Source: Alphaproteobacteria bacterium (lineage in GTDB: Bacteria > Pseudomonadota > Alphaproteobacteria > G963923945). From it: a stretch of 64,000 nt of DNA. The stretch is taken from contig OZ240684.1 of the NCBI GenBank assembly GCA_965199175.1, forward strand, positions 1,448,565 through 1,512,564, given 5' to 3'. How positions within the stretch are numbered: position 1 is the first letter of the stretch; the number at the start of each line of letters is the position of its first letter. A program made the position numbers and the translations under genes. The notes under the pieces are model-generated. The model did no database searches. It was not told where the DNA came from and worked only from the letters and a program-made list of their open reading frames with translations. Positions 47,437 to 56,863 of this stretch are shown piece after piece.

Positions 47437-48456
47437 TTGACAGCAATGGACACTATCCGGATATCTGCCCCGGCGCGTCTGCATTTTGGTTTTCTTGATT
47501 TGCATGGCGGGCGGGGACGTCTGTTTGGCAGCCTTGGTCTCACCCTGGACCAACCGCAAACCGTGATGACGTTCCGCCAGCAAGAATGTCTTTCGGTCAT
47601 TGGTCCGGACAGAGACAGAGCACAAGAATATGCCGAAAAAATCATCGCCGCCTACGGCTATAAACAACAGGCCGAAATCGATATTGACACAGCCATTCCC
47701 CCGCATACCGGGCTGGGTTCAGGAACCCAGCTTGCCCTGGCTATCGGGACCGGTCTTGCGATGCTTAATGATGCCTCTCCGGTCATTGGCAAGGCGGCGG
47801 TTCAAACACTTCGGCGTGGCACCCGCTCAGGGATTGGACTGGCCGCCTTTTCTCATGGTGGCTTTATTCTTGATGGCGGCCAACCAACCAAACAGACCCT
47901 GGCTGAACAAAAGCAGAGCACCGCCCCGCCGCCGATTGCCCGCCTTGACTTCCCCGAAGAGTGGTGGATCATCCTGATTTTCGACTTTAAGCAACGGGGC
48001 ATACACGGGCCCGCTGAACGCAAGGCCTTTGTTGATTTACCACCCTATTCGGCAGCCTTAGCAGCCGATTTATGCCGCCTGGTCGTCATGCAAATATTGC
48101 CCGCGGTTGCCAGTGCTGATTTCAATGCCTTCAGCCAGGCCATTACCGAGCTTCAGGCCGCAGTCGGTGACCATTTTGCCACCGCTCAAAACGGCCGCTT
48201 CAGCAGCCCTTTGGTTGCCGATGCCCTGTCCTGGATGGCCCGCAACGGTGTCAAAGGCTATGGACAAAGTTCCTGGGGGCCAACTGGTTTTGCTTTTACT
48301 CAAAGTAAATCAGAAGCCAAAAGCCTCATCAGAAAATTAAAGACACAATTAAAGCACCAGGAAACAGGCAATAAAAAAAAGGCGGCTGGTATTGATCTTT
48401 CTTTCATGCTATGTCGCGCCTGCAATATCGGCCATCGCATTGTTACACAACCATAA
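47437..48456 (+). CDS. mptG: Beta-ribofuranosylaminobenzene 5'-phosphate synthase (H4MPT biosynthesis, GHMP-like)
   Basis: 339 aa. The N-terminal ISAPARLHFGFLDLHGGRGRLFGSLGLTLD is characteristic of the family, and the gene sits in the H4MPT gene island. Confidence 0.8.
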   Translation: MTAMDTIRISAPARLHFGFLDLHGGRGRLFGSLGLTLDQPQTVMTFRQQECLSVIGPDRDRAQEYAEKIIAAYGYKQQAEIDIDTAIPPHTGLGSGTQLALAIGTGLAMLNDASPVIGKAAVQTLRRGTRSGIGLAAFSHGGFILDGGQPTKQTLAEQKQSTAPPPIARLDFPEEWWIILIFDFKQRGIHGPAERKAFVDLPPYSAALAADLCRLVVMQILPAVASADFNAFSQAITELQAAVGDHFATAQNGRFSSPLVADALSWMARNGVKGYGQSSWGPTGFAFTQSKSEAKSLIRKLKTQLKHQETGNKKKAAGIDLSFMLCRACNIGHRIVTQP

Positions 48457-48663
48457 TTCAGGTGATTGATGCGGCATGACAGGAGCATAGCCGGACGGTA
48501 TTCAGGCGGCATTTACGTGATAGAGCATGATTATTTATAATATAGATTATGATTTTTGTTATCAATTTTCGTATCAATCATGCTAAGAGCACTCAAATGA
48601 AAAAACCAATCAACCAAAAAATCAATCAACACAGAGCAATGATCGTTCAAGAGTTAAAATAAT

Positions 48664-48695
48664 CGTTCAATTCTTAATACGTTCAATTCTTAATA
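48664..48695. repeat. Perfect tandem duplication, 16 bp x2, upstream of mtdB
   Basis: cgttcaattcttaata x2. Confidence 0.95.
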
Positions 48696-48749
48696 AGAAG
48701 AGTCATTTTAACTGAATAAAAAGAGTAACTTAAATCGTTAAGAAGAGTA

Positions 48750-49661
48750 ATGATGACCAAAACCAGAAAATACATCCTGCATATGATGACCCCACAACAA
48801 AATGTCAGCCCGTTTGACGTTAATATGGCCTATGACGCCGGCTTTGATGCTGTGGTGCCGCTGGCCAATGTTACGCGCGATCATGTTAAGGCCCTGGTGC
48901 AGGATGCGATTTTTTCGCGGGCTGTTGCCGATGCTCAGCGGACCGGGGTGTTTATTTGTGGAAAAGATGCCGTGCTGGCCCTTGATATGCTGGAAGAAGC
49001 CAGGGCAGCAATGGTTCCGCCATTTGAAATTTCGGTTTTTCCGGACCCGGCCGGCTCTTTCACCACTGCCGCAGCAATGGTTGCCTGTGCTGAGAAAACC
49101 TTGCTGGATCAATTTGGTCTCACCCTCAAAGGGCTTAAGGTCAAAATCTATGGCGGCAAAGGCATCGTTGGTTCGATTTCAGGGGTGATTTGCGCCCAGG
49201 CCGGGGCCGAAGCCACCATCATCGGGTATGATGGGATTGAAAATGTCCGCCGATTATCGGAAGGCTATAAAAAGCGATTTGGGGTTGAGGTCATCCCGGC
49301 TGATGGCAGCAGCGATGCGTTGAATACCGCTTTGCTGGCTGATGCTGATGTTGTTTTTTGTGCTGCCCGGGCAGGTGTCCAGGTTCTGTCCAAAGCCATG
49401 TTGGCCACCGCACCACAGATCAAAGTTGTTGCCGATGCCAATGCTGTGCCGCCTGCCGGCATTGAGGGATGTGGACTCCATGACGACAATACACGTCTTG
49501 AATCCGGGGCCCTAGCAATCGGCCCTCTGACCTTCGGTGATGTCAAGATCAAAACCCAGAGAATACTGTTCGAATCGATGTGCAACAGCGACAAGCCACT
49601 CTATCTGAATTTTGAGCAAGCAACTGAGGTTGCACGAAAAATCGTGAACGGCAACGGATAA
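48750..49661 (+). CDS. mtdB: NAD(P)-dependent methylene-tetrahydromethanopterin dehydrogenase (MtdA/MtdB family, probably MtdB)
   Basis: 303 aa with ILHMMTPQQNVSPFDVNMAYDAGFD, typical of the family N-terminus. MtdA versus MtdB cannot be resolved by eye. Confidence 0.8.
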   Translation: MMTKTRKYILHMMTPQQNVSPFDVNMAYDAGFDAVVPLANVTRDHVKALVQDAIFSRAVADAQRTGVFICGKDAVLALDMLEEARAAMVPPFEISVFPDPAGSFTTAAAMVACAEKTLLDQFGLTLKGLKVKIYGGKGIVGSISGVICAQAGAEATIIGYDGIENVRRLSEGYKKRFGVEVIPADGSSDALNTALLADADVVFCAARAGVQVLSKAMLATAPQIKVVADANAVPPAGIEGCGLHDDNTRLESGALAIGPLTFGDVKIKTQRILFESMCNSDKPLYLNFEQATEVARKIVNGNG

Positions 49662-49674
49662 ACCGGGGCATCGC

Positions 49675-50805
49675 GTGCTTGCCGTTGCCGCTCTTTCCGG
49701 ACGAGCCATTGGTGTGGCCGCCCGGCGGGCCGGTGCCACCCCGGTCATTATGGATTTGTTCGGTGATCGGGAAACCCGGTCCGTTGCGCTTGATTCTCAT
49801 ATCATTGCCGGTGACCCGGTCTGTGGTTTTGATGCTGATGGCCTGCTCCGGGCTTTTGATCATGAGGATTCCCGGTGGCCACTCATTTATGGAAGCGGCT
49901 TTGAATCGCGTCCTGATCTTCTTGATATCATCAGTCAGGAGCGGCCTGTTTTCGGCAATACAGCTGCTGTTGTTGCTCAGGTCACGCAGCCGGAGGCTTT
50001 TTTTGACGCTCTGCGATGCCTCAATCTCCCGGCCCCGCCGATTTTCCGGTTGCCACCAAAAAATGAGCAACACTGGCTGCGTAAACAGGCCGGAAGTGCC
50101 GGCGGGATGGCAGTCATGCCGTTTCAGGGCAAGACAACACCCGGCACAGGCAGTACCCGATCAAAGATCTACTATCAAAAACGCCAGAGCGGACACCCAT
50201 ACTCAGTCCAGTTCATCACCAAAGGGGATCAAACCGATATTGTGTGTTTTTGTCGCAACTGGCTGGCGCCAACAACTGAGCACCCTTACCGCTTTGGAGG
50301 TCTCTCGACCAAACCCAATCTGACCAGGGATCTGCAAACCCGGCTGGCTGATGCGGCAGCACAGCTGAGTGCTTATTTTTCCCTGCGCGGTCTCAACAGT
50401 CTTGATGTCCTGATTGATCGGGAATCCTTTTCGATTTTGGAAATCAACCCACGTCCGGGAGCAGCCATTGATATCCTGGAAAACATGGCACCGGGCTGGA
50501 GTATCCCGGCCCATATGGCTGCCTGCCAGGGTCAGTTATGGCCGCGATGGCCGGGAATCAGCACCCATGATATCAGCCTCACATTATGCTATGCCGACCA
50601 GGATTGTTCTATCCCGTCGGATGTTGACTGGCCCTCCTATTGTGTCGATACACCCCATGGCCCCAAAATGATTGCCTCAGGGCAACCCATTTGCAGCATC
50701 CAGTCGATCGGTGATGATCAGATATCTTCCCGGCAGTTGGGTATTCGCCGGAGCAAATATGTAAAAAATAAATATACCCATAGTAATCTCAGCGATAAAA
50801 TCTGA
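49675..50805 (+). CDS. ATP-grasp family protein of the H4MPT-linked C1 island (cofactor biosynthesis, exact reaction unknown)
   Basis: 376 aa with ...SLDVLIDRESFSILEINPRPGAA..., an ATP-grasp C-terminal motif. GTG start. Confidence 0.65.
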   Translation: MLAVAALSGRAIGVAARRAGATPVIMDLFGDRETRSVALDSHIIAGDPVCGFDADGLLRAFDHEDSRWPLIYGSGFESRPDLLDIISQERPVFGNTAAVVAQVTQPEAFFDALRCLNLPAPPIFRLPPKNEQHWLRKQAGSAGGMAVMPFQGKTTPGTGSTRSKIYYQKRQSGHPYSVQFITKGDQTDIVCFCRNWLAPTTEHPYRFGGLSTKPNLTRDLQTRLADAAAQLSAYFSLRGLNSLDVLIDRESFSILEINPRPGAAIDILENMAPGWSIPAHMAACQGQLWPRWPGISTHDISLTLCYADQDCSIPSDVDWPSYCVDTPHGPKMIASGQPICSIQSIGDDQISSRQLGIRRSKYVKNKYTHSNLSDKI

Positions 50806-50942
50806 TTTTATCAATATTTTCACCAGACAAGAACTATTCAAAACAGAAATTCCCATGACAAGAGAATCGAAAACTGCTTTTATTGATACTGTTATTATCC
50901 GCTATTATCCGGTCATTTGTATTGGGACCCATTCTGCAAACC

Positions 50943-50972
50943 GGTTTTTTTAGTAATGGTTTTTTTAATAAT
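50943..50972. repeat. Tandem duplication, 15 bp x2
   Basis: ggtttttttagtaat / ggtttttttaataat. Confidence 0.9.
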
Positions 50973-50994
50973 TTAATCATGGTTTTTTAAAGAT

Positions 50995-51039
50995 ACTGTC
51001 TCAGTCCCAAATGTCTCAATCTCAAATGTCTCAGTCTCA
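50995..51039. repeat. 15 bp x3 tandem repeat spanning the mch start codon
   Basis: actgtctcagtccca / aatgtctcaatctca / aatgtctcagtctca. This gives two in-frame ATGs (51011 and 51026) and the MSQSQMSQSQ N-terminus. Confidence 0.95.
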
Positions 51040-52036
51040 GAAAAAATCGGCTCCCCTGCCCCCCAACCAACGCAATCAGGCTGTGCGTGAATGGCCAAAC
51101 GTCAATTCCTGTACCTGGCCTCTGGTGCAAAATCTGATAAAGCAGGCCGGCCGCTTGCGAATCGCCGTTGACCGGGAAAAAAACGGAACAACCATCATTG
51201 ATTGCGGAATCAAAGTTCCGGGATGTTTAGAAGCAGGGCGTCTGGTTACCGAGATCTGTATGGGTGGCCTGGGCCAGGTGGCAATCCATAACAGCACCAA
51301 ATTTGAACAATGGCGGTGGTTGATTGCTGTGACCAGCAGCAATCCTGTCCTGGCATGTCTGGGCAGTCAATATGCCGGTTGGTTGCTATCGGAGGGGGAT
51401 TTTTTCGCCCTTGGTTCGGGGCCGGGCCGGGCCCGGGCGCTGGCTGAGCCACTCTATGAAGAGCTGGGATATCGCGATAAAGCACGCTCTGCCTGCCTGG
51501 TTCTGGAGGTTGATCGTTACCCCCCCGCAACCCTGATCAAAACGATTGCTAAACGGTGCCGTGTCTCTCCGGAAAAGCTGGTCATCATCCTCACCCCGAC
51601 CAGCAGTCTGGCCGGATCGGTCCAGATTGTCGGGCGGGTCCTTGAGGTGGGTCTGCATAAAACCCATGAGATTGGCTTCCCGCTCGAACGGGTGATTGAC
51701 GGGGCTGGTGCTGCCCCCCTGCCGCCACCGGCAGTTGACTTTATTTCCAGCATGGGACGCACCAATGATGCCATCATCTATGGTGGTGAAATACACCTGT
51801 TTGTCAGTGGTCCCGAAGATGACGCCCGTGACCTTGCCCATCAACTCCCCAGTTCTCAATCAAAGGATTATGGCCGGCCATTTGCAGAAATTTTTACCTC
51901 ATATAACCAGGATTTTTACGCGATTCATGGCTCTCTTTTCAGCCCCGCCAAAGCAAGCGTTACCTGTCTTGATACCGGGCGCAGTTTCCATACTGGTGCC
52001 CTGAACGAATCCTTAATCAATACATCCTTTGGATAA
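51011..52036 (+). CDS. mch: Methenyltetrahydromethanopterin cyclohydrolase
   Basis: 341 aa with TIIDCGIKVPGCLEAGRLVTEICMGGLG and ACLGSQYAGW...FALGSGPGRA. The N-terminus MSQSQMSQSQ derives from a 15-bp duplication; an alternative start lies at 51026. Confidence 0.9.
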   Translation: MSQSQMSQSQKKSAPLPPNQRNQAVREWPNVNSCTWPLVQNLIKQAGRLRIAVDREKNGTTIIDCGIKVPGCLEAGRLVTEICMGGLGQVAIHNSTKFEQWRWLIAVTSSNPVLACLGSQYAGWLLSEGDFFALGSGPGRARALAEPLYEELGYRDKARSACLVLEVDRYPPATLIKTIAKRCRVSPEKLVIILTPTSSLAGSVQIVGRVLEVGLHKTHEIGFPLERVIDGAGAAPLPPPAVDFISSMGRTNDAIIYGGEIHLFVSGPEDDARDLAHQLPSSQSKDYGRPFAEIFTSYNQDFYAIHGSLFSPAKASVTCLDTGRSFHTGALNESLINTSFG

Positions 52037-52062
52037 TTGGCCCTCTGGCTGGCGCAGGTTCT

Positions 52063-53013
52063 ATGCCGGTTGCCTCAACCCATTCTTGCTCAACCCGTTC
52101 CTCTCCGGATTCTCAAGCCCCCTGGATTCTGCTTTGCAGTGATGCCCCGGACTGGCATGCCCGCCAACTCACCACCGCCTCAGGCAAGCGCAATCTGAAC
52201 ATTGTCTGGGCTTCATATGACCAATGCGCCATCACATGCCACAACCGGGAGGGACGCATCACATTTCCGGCTGCCCCCGGGGGTGGGGAACCGCTGGCAG
52301 TCATCGCGCGCTGTATTGCTGCCGGGAGCCTTGAACAAATTACCATGCGCCTCAGTCTTCTGCATGGATTACGGGAATCCGGCCGGCCGGTTTTTAATGA
52401 TGCCCGGGTTATTGAGCATATGGTGGATAAAGCCATGTGCGGATTTCTTCTCGCCCGGGCCGGGTTGCCGGTCCCGGAGACGATGTCTTGTGAATCCACC
52501 AAACAGGCCCGTCTTTTCGTTGAAAAAGCGACCAGAAGGGGACAAAAAATCGTCTTAAAACCTCTGTTTGGTGCTCAGGGCCAGGGGTTACGGCTCATCA
52601 CCCACAGCTCTGACCTTCCGGCGGCTGAGACCATTGGCGGAGTTTATCACCTTCAGCATTATATTGGCCCGGAAAATCCCCGTGATCCGGGCTGTGATTT
52701 CCGGGTCATGGTGGTCGGCACCCGTCCGGTTGCCGCGATGCGCCGCACCGGAACCCATTGGATCACCAATGTACGTCAGGGAGGATGCTGCCAATCTGTT
52801 CCCCCCACCGGAATATTGGGTGACCTGGCCACAGCAGCCGCCAAAACCTTAAACGCCGATTATGCCGGGGTTGATATCATATGTGATCCACACGGGGAGT
52901 GGCACATTCTCGAAGTCAATAGCATCCCGGCCTGGAAGGGCTTACAAACAGCAACATCGATCACGATTGCCGACCATATTATTGATCATATTATGGATCA
53001 GACGGCTGTTTGA
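52063..53013 (+). CDS. RimK-type ATP-grasp ligase (H4MPT alpha-L-glutamate ligase-like)
   Basis: 316 aa with IVLKPLFGAQGQGLRLI, FRVMVVG..VAAMRR....WITNVRQGG and GVDIICDPHGEWHILEVNSIPAW. Confidence 0.8.
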   Translation: MPVASTHSCSTRSSPDSQAPWILLCSDAPDWHARQLTTASGKRNLNIVWASYDQCAITCHNREGRITFPAAPGGGEPLAVIARCIAAGSLEQITMRLSLLHGLRESGRPVFNDARVIEHMVDKAMCGFLLARAGLPVPETMSCESTKQARLFVEKATRRGQKIVLKPLFGAQGQGLRLITHSSDLPAAETIGGVYHLQHYIGPENPRDPGCDFRVMVVGTRPVAAMRRTGTHWITNVRQGGCCQSVPPTGILGDLATAAAKTLNADYAGVDIICDPHGEWHILEVNSIPAWKGLQTATSITIADHIIDHIMDQTAV

Positions 53014-53116
53014 TCAGATGACCATCTGACCAAATGTGACCAAACCACCCATGGATCAAATGAACCACAACACCAGCCAAAAAAGAACCCCGGTTGAACA
53101 TTCCCCACTAATCTGG

Positions 53117-53158
53117 GGAAATTCATCTACGGAAATTCATCTATGGAAATTCGTCTGT
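53117..53158. repeat. Tandem repeat, 14 bp x3, upstream of the CitG-like gene
   Basis: ggaaattcatctac / ggaaattcatctat / ggaaattcgtctgt. Confidence 0.95.
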
Positions 53159-53175
53159 ATTAAAAATCTCTACCC

Positions 53176-54153
53176 ATGACCGGACGTGACCCAACCCCAG
53201 CCAGCCTGCCTGACAAGCGGCGGCTCTCAAAATCTCAGAAGATACAATCTGAACAAGCTGCCCGGGCCTATCTCCGGGCCTGCAGTCTGGAGCTTGAAGC
53301 TCTCAAGCCCGGCAATGTCCACATCCATGCCGATGGCCACGGGATGACAGTTGCCGATTTTCGCCGGAGTGCCATGCTGACAGCACCCATTCTTACTGAT
53401 TTAAGCCAACCATGCGGGCAACGTATTCATCGCTGCGTAAGCGTGACCATGGAACAGGTTGGCTGTAATACCAATCTGGGCATTCTTCTGCTCTGTGCCC
53501 CTCTCTTAACCGCATTCTGCCGCGCCCGATCAGCCAGTGATCTTCGGGTAAAACTCAATGAGATTCTCAGCAGCTTTACCCTTGCCGACACAGCGGCTGT
53601 TTTCACGGCCATCGCCCGGGCCAATCCGGGAGGACTCGGCCATGCAGCAGAGCATGATATCCATACCCCCCCCACTGTTTGTTTACGCACCGCCATGCAT
53701 CAGGCGGCTGATCGTGACAGCATCGCCCGCCAATATGCCAATGGATTTCAGGATATTTTCCATATCGGCATTCCAGCCAGCCGCTATGCCGGGTCCCGGC
53801 ATTGGAATCCAGCCCGGTCAGCGGCATATATTTATATGACATTTCTGGCCACCTGTATCGATGGTCATGTTCTGCGTCAATGGGGATCTCAAACGGCTCA
53901 TGATCTGAGAATACAGGCACAGCAAAAGATAAACGCATTGGAATCAATGAATAATCATAAAGACTGGCCGGCATCCTGGAAAAATTTTGACCACCATCTC
54001 AAGCAACACGGGATCAATCCTGGCTCTAGTGCTGACCTCACAGTCACCACCTTGCTAACACTCTATCTTCAAGATATGTTGCAAGAAGCGTCCACATTCT
54101 TTAAACAGAGAGAATTCTTTAAACAGAGAGAATACTTTAAACAGAGGGAATAA
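53176..54153 (+). CDS. Triphosphoribosyl-dephospho-CoA synthase (CitG/MdcB)-like protein of the H4MPT island
   Basis: 325 aa with LKPGNVHIHADGHGM and NTNLGILLLCAPL, which are CitG-like. The C-terminus FFKQREFFKQREYFKQRE is encoded by an 18-bp tandem repeat. Confidence 0.75.
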   Translation: MTGRDPTPASLPDKRRLSKSQKIQSEQAARAYLRACSLELEALKPGNVHIHADGHGMTVADFRRSAMLTAPILTDLSQPCGQRIHRCVSVTMEQVGCNTNLGILLLCAPLLTAFCRARSASDLRVKLNEILSSFTLADTAAVFTAIARANPGGLGHAAEHDIHTPPTVCLRTAMHQAADRDSIARQYANGFQDIFHIGIPASRYAGSRHWNPARSAAYIYMTFLATCIDGHVLRQWGSQTAHDLRIQAQQKINALESMNNHKDWPASWKNFDHHLKQHGINPGSSADLTVTTLLTLYLQDMLQEASTFFKQREFFKQREYFKQRE

Positions 54154-54297
54154 TCCTTTAAAAAAGGGTTAGTCCTTTGGAAAAGGAGTGATCCTTTGGG
54201 GGAAAAACAATCCTTCAGGAGAGGTATGATCTCTTATAAAGAGGGAGAAGTGACCCTTTGAAAGAGGAGTAGAGTAACCTTTTGAAAGGGGAAGTCA
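54097..54297. repeat. About 10-unit array of 18-24 bp repeats with internal CCTTT..AAAGG dyads, spanning the CitG-like 3' end and the fae upstream region
   Basis: ttctttaaacagagagaa x2, tactttaaacagagggaa, then tcctttaaaaaagggttag, tcctttggaaaaggagtga, tcctttgggggaaaaacaa, tccttcaggagaggtatga, tctcttataaagagggagaagtga, ccctttgaaagaggagtagagtaa and ccttttgaaaggggaagtca. Confidence 0.9.
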
Positions 54298-54385
54298 TCG
54301 AATTCAGCACCGCTTCTTGCATATGGTGCCGGGTTTCATCTCAAAGAACAAAACTATTCATCAAAAAGCAGGGGAGAAGAATCTC

Positions 54386-54895
54386 ATGGCTAAAATTGAT
54401 CGTATGCTCGTTGGCGAGGCACTCGTCGGCGAAGGCAATGAAGTTGCTCATATTGACCTCATCATCGGCCCGCGCGGCAGTGCTGCCGAGGCTGCGTTTG
54501 CACAAACTCTGACCAACCAAAAGGAAGGCGTAAACGGTCTCCTGGCGGTGGTTGCACCCAACCTCATGACCAAGCCGGCCACCGTGATGTTCAATAAAGT
54601 GACCATCAAGGGTGCCAAACAAGCCGTCCAGATGTTTGGTCCGGCTCAGGCCGGGGTGGCAAAAGCCGTGATGGATTGTGTCGAAGATGGCACCATCCCA
54701 GCCGCTGAAGCCGATGATCTGTTCATTAGTGTCGGCGTGTTCATTCATTGGCTGGCCGATGATGACCAGAAAATCCAGGATTACAATTACGAGGCAACCA
54801 AAATATCCATTCAGCGAGCCGTATCCGGTGAGCCAAAAGCTGCCGATGTCCTGTCTCAGCGTGGTTCTGCATCCCATCCGTTTGCAGCCAGTTGA
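54386..54895 (+). CDS. fae: Formaldehyde-activating enzyme (5,6,7,8-tetrahydromethanopterin hydro-lyase)
   Basis: 169 aa. [32 protein letters not shown]... is highly characteristic of Fae. A strong GGGGAGAAG ribosome-binding site lies upstream. The ORF track begins at 54317. Confidence 0.95.
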   Translation: MAKIDRMLVGEALVGEGNEVAHIDLIIGPRGSAAEAAFAQTLTNQKEGVNGLLAVVAPNLMTKPATVMFNKVTIKGAKQAVQMFGPAQAGVAKAVMDCVEDGTIPAAEADDLFISVGVFIHWLADDDQKIQDYNYEATKISIQRAVSGEPKAADVLSQRGSASHPFAAS

Positions 54896-54990
54896 AACGG
54901 CAGCAGTGCGGGATCCGATGGGTCATCGCAAAGCGGCGGTGGCTGGTTCTCGAAGCTGCTGAAGTTTATTACCGGAAAGTAAACCGGACT

Positions 54991-55014
54991 GCTCAGGATC
55001 ACTCAGTCCTGAGC
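54991..55014 (+). terminator. Hairpin downstream of fae (8-bp stem, 8-nt loop)
   Basis: gctcagga-tcactcag-tcctgagc. No clear U-tract follows. Confidence 0.4.
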
Positions 55015-55047
55015 ATCAGATGTCTGGTGTCTTTCTGACCTGTTGAT

Positions 55048-55073
55048 AAGGGGAGGCTCCTGAGCCTCCCCTT
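55048..55073. terminator. GC-rich perfect inverted repeat between the convergent fae and HisA/F-like genes (candidate bidirectional terminator)
   Basis: aaggggaggctc-ct-gagcctcccctt. The arms are 12 nt and flanked by A/T residues on both sides. Confidence 0.6.
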
Positions 55074-55141
55074 AATCCTTCGACCCCGGAAAGACCCAAA
55101 AACTGACACTCATCTCACCGGGACTACCCGGACCACAGACG

Positions 55142-55894
55142 TTAGAAATCTATGCTCTGCTTTTGAGTATCCAGTCCGGCCCAATCACCAGGTGACAGAC
55201 CGCCATCATGCAAAGCGGTTGCAACCAAAGCCCCGCAAACACCGATTGATTGCAAAATCCTCAGATCATTCATGTTCCTGATCCCGCCGGCTGCATAAAC
55301 ATGCCGGCCTCCGGCTTGCTCAATGATACGCTCCAACCGATCTAAAGCCGGCCCCCGGGCTGTTCCCACCCGGTCCAGCATCATGACGATCATCCGCTCA
55401 GGCCAGCAGGAAGGATCCTGTTCCAGCCTGTCTGGACCAAGAAACTGGTGATCACAATAATCAAGAGAGAGAATAAAATCCGCCGGCCGGGTCATTGCCA
55501 ACTCTCTGAGCACCCGCCAGTCATTCTGGCTTTCACTGCCTAAAATGATTCGGGTTTTGGCGGTTTTTCTTCCGCTTGCGCCCCCTGATTGAGCGGAGTC
55601 AAACTCTGGTATCGTGGTCACCACCATGCCATGATCACACCAAATTTCGCCTTGTGGCCATTGCGTTGCCAAAGCGCGGATATGCTGTGCGTTGTTGCCT
55701 GTGCCTTCTATAGCATCAAGATCAGCGATATAGATGGTCTGGAAACCGTATAACCGACGATACGCCGACACCAAAGTCCGGGCCGAGCCATCAGGGCATA
55801 AGGATGTCGAGAGAGGCTGATACTGTGCGCGCATCCCCCGGCAGGCAGAAACCGCCAGACCAGCACGCAAATCCACAACCGGTACGATATGCAT
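55142..55894 (-). CDS. HisA/HisF-family TIM-barrel protein of the H4MPT/methylofuran island
   Basis: MHIVPVVDLRAGLAV..., IYIADLDAIEG and AAGGIRNMNDL. Start at the conserved MHIVPV (55894); the ORF track extends to 55957. Confidence 0.75.
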   Translation of the reverse strand: MHIVPVVDLRAGLAVSACRGMRAQYQPLSTSLCPDGSARTLVSAYRRLYGFQTIYIADLDAIEGTGNNAQHIRALATQWPQGEIWCDHGMVVTTIPEFDSAQSGGASGRKTAKTRIILGSESQNDWRVLRELAMTRPADFILSLDYCDHQFLGPDRLEQDPSCWPERMIVMMLDRVGTARGPALDRLERIIEQAGGRHVYAAGGIRNMNDLRILQSIGVCGALVATALHDGGLSPGDWAGLDTQKQSIDF

Positions 55895-56863
55895 AAAGGC
55901 CAAACCCTGAAAATTCTGGTGATCGAATATATCACCGGCGGCGGCAATACCGGTCAATCTTTTTCCCCGGCCATGCAGTCTGAGGGAGACCAGATGATCA
56001 CAGCCGTGGTGAAAGATTTTTCTGATCTCCCGGGGGTAGAGGTCTTTTATTGCCGTGACCGGAATTTAGCCCCGCTGAATTGGGGGCAGCCGGCCTGGGT
56101 TGAGGCAACACGTCATGATATGCTGTGGAAAATCTGGAAAAAACATATCCGCTGCGTTGATGCCGTTCTCCCGATTGCCCCGGAGACCGATGGTTTATTG
56201 GTCTCCTTAGCAGAGATGATCAGACAATCCGGATGCCATCTGTTCGCCAGTACAGCATCCGCCCTTGCGCAAACAACCTCTAAATCAGCAACCGCAACCT
56301 GTCTGCAATCGCATAAAATTCCGGTCATCCCGACCCATCGGCCCGGACAGCTGCTGCCGGCCAGTGCATATGGCTGGATCATAAAACCCGATGATGGGGC
56401 CGGAGCCCACGGCGTGCATTACGCCGCCGACCTCACGAAGGTCAACAGCATCCTCGCCCAGAGCAATGCACAAGATACCCTGATCATTCAGCCCTATATC
56501 CCCGGACCTGTTGCCAGTCTCTGTGTCCTTTATCACACCCATCATCCAACCCGCAAAGTAACTCTTCTGGCCGCCAATACCATCATAATGCGCCAGCACC
56601 AGGGGCGATTTATATATGCTGATCTCCAGGTTGGTGCGATGAATGATCACAAGGACTGTTTTCGTCCTCTGGTCAGGGCCATCGGTGAGGCAATTCCAGG
56701 CTTTTACGGCTATATAGGAATTGATTTAATCCGCGACAACAGCCAATGGCGGGTCATGGAAATCAATCCCCGGATCACCAGCTCATACCCCCGGCTGCGG
56801 CATGTTCTTGGTAAAAATCCGGCGGCATTATTAGTGGAATCTTTTTTGAAGGACCGGCCATGA
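55889..56863 (+). CDS. ATP-grasp ligase, MfnD-like (methanofuran/methylofuran biosynthesis candidate)
   Basis: 324 aa. The N-terminal KILVIEYITGGG and C-terminal WRVMEINPRITSSY are typical of this ATP-grasp subgroup. The functional name is an inference. Confidence 0.65.
   Translation: MHKGQTLKILVIEYITGGGNTGQSFSPAMQSEGDQMITAVVKDFSDLPGVEVFYCRDRNLAPLNWGQPAWVEATRHDMLWKIWKKHIRCVDAVLPIAPETDGLLVSLAEMIRQSGCHLFASTASALAQTTSKSATATCLQSHKIPVIPTHRPGQLLPASAYGWIIKPDDGAGAHGVHYAADLTKVNSILAQSNAQDTLIIQPYIPGPVASLCVLYHTHHPTRKVTLLAANTIIMRQHQGRFIYADLQVGAMNDHKDCFRPLVRAIGEAIPGFYGYIGIDLIRDNSQWRVMEINPRITSSYPRLRHVLGKNPAALLVESFLKDRP

Noticed and set aside
54097-54297. Possibility that the repeat arrays (54097-54297, 61262-61506, 6700-6913) are CRISPR arrays
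   Set aside because: The units are directly adjacent with no unique spacers between them. Unit lengths and degeneracy do not fit CRISPR repeats, and no cas genes are present.
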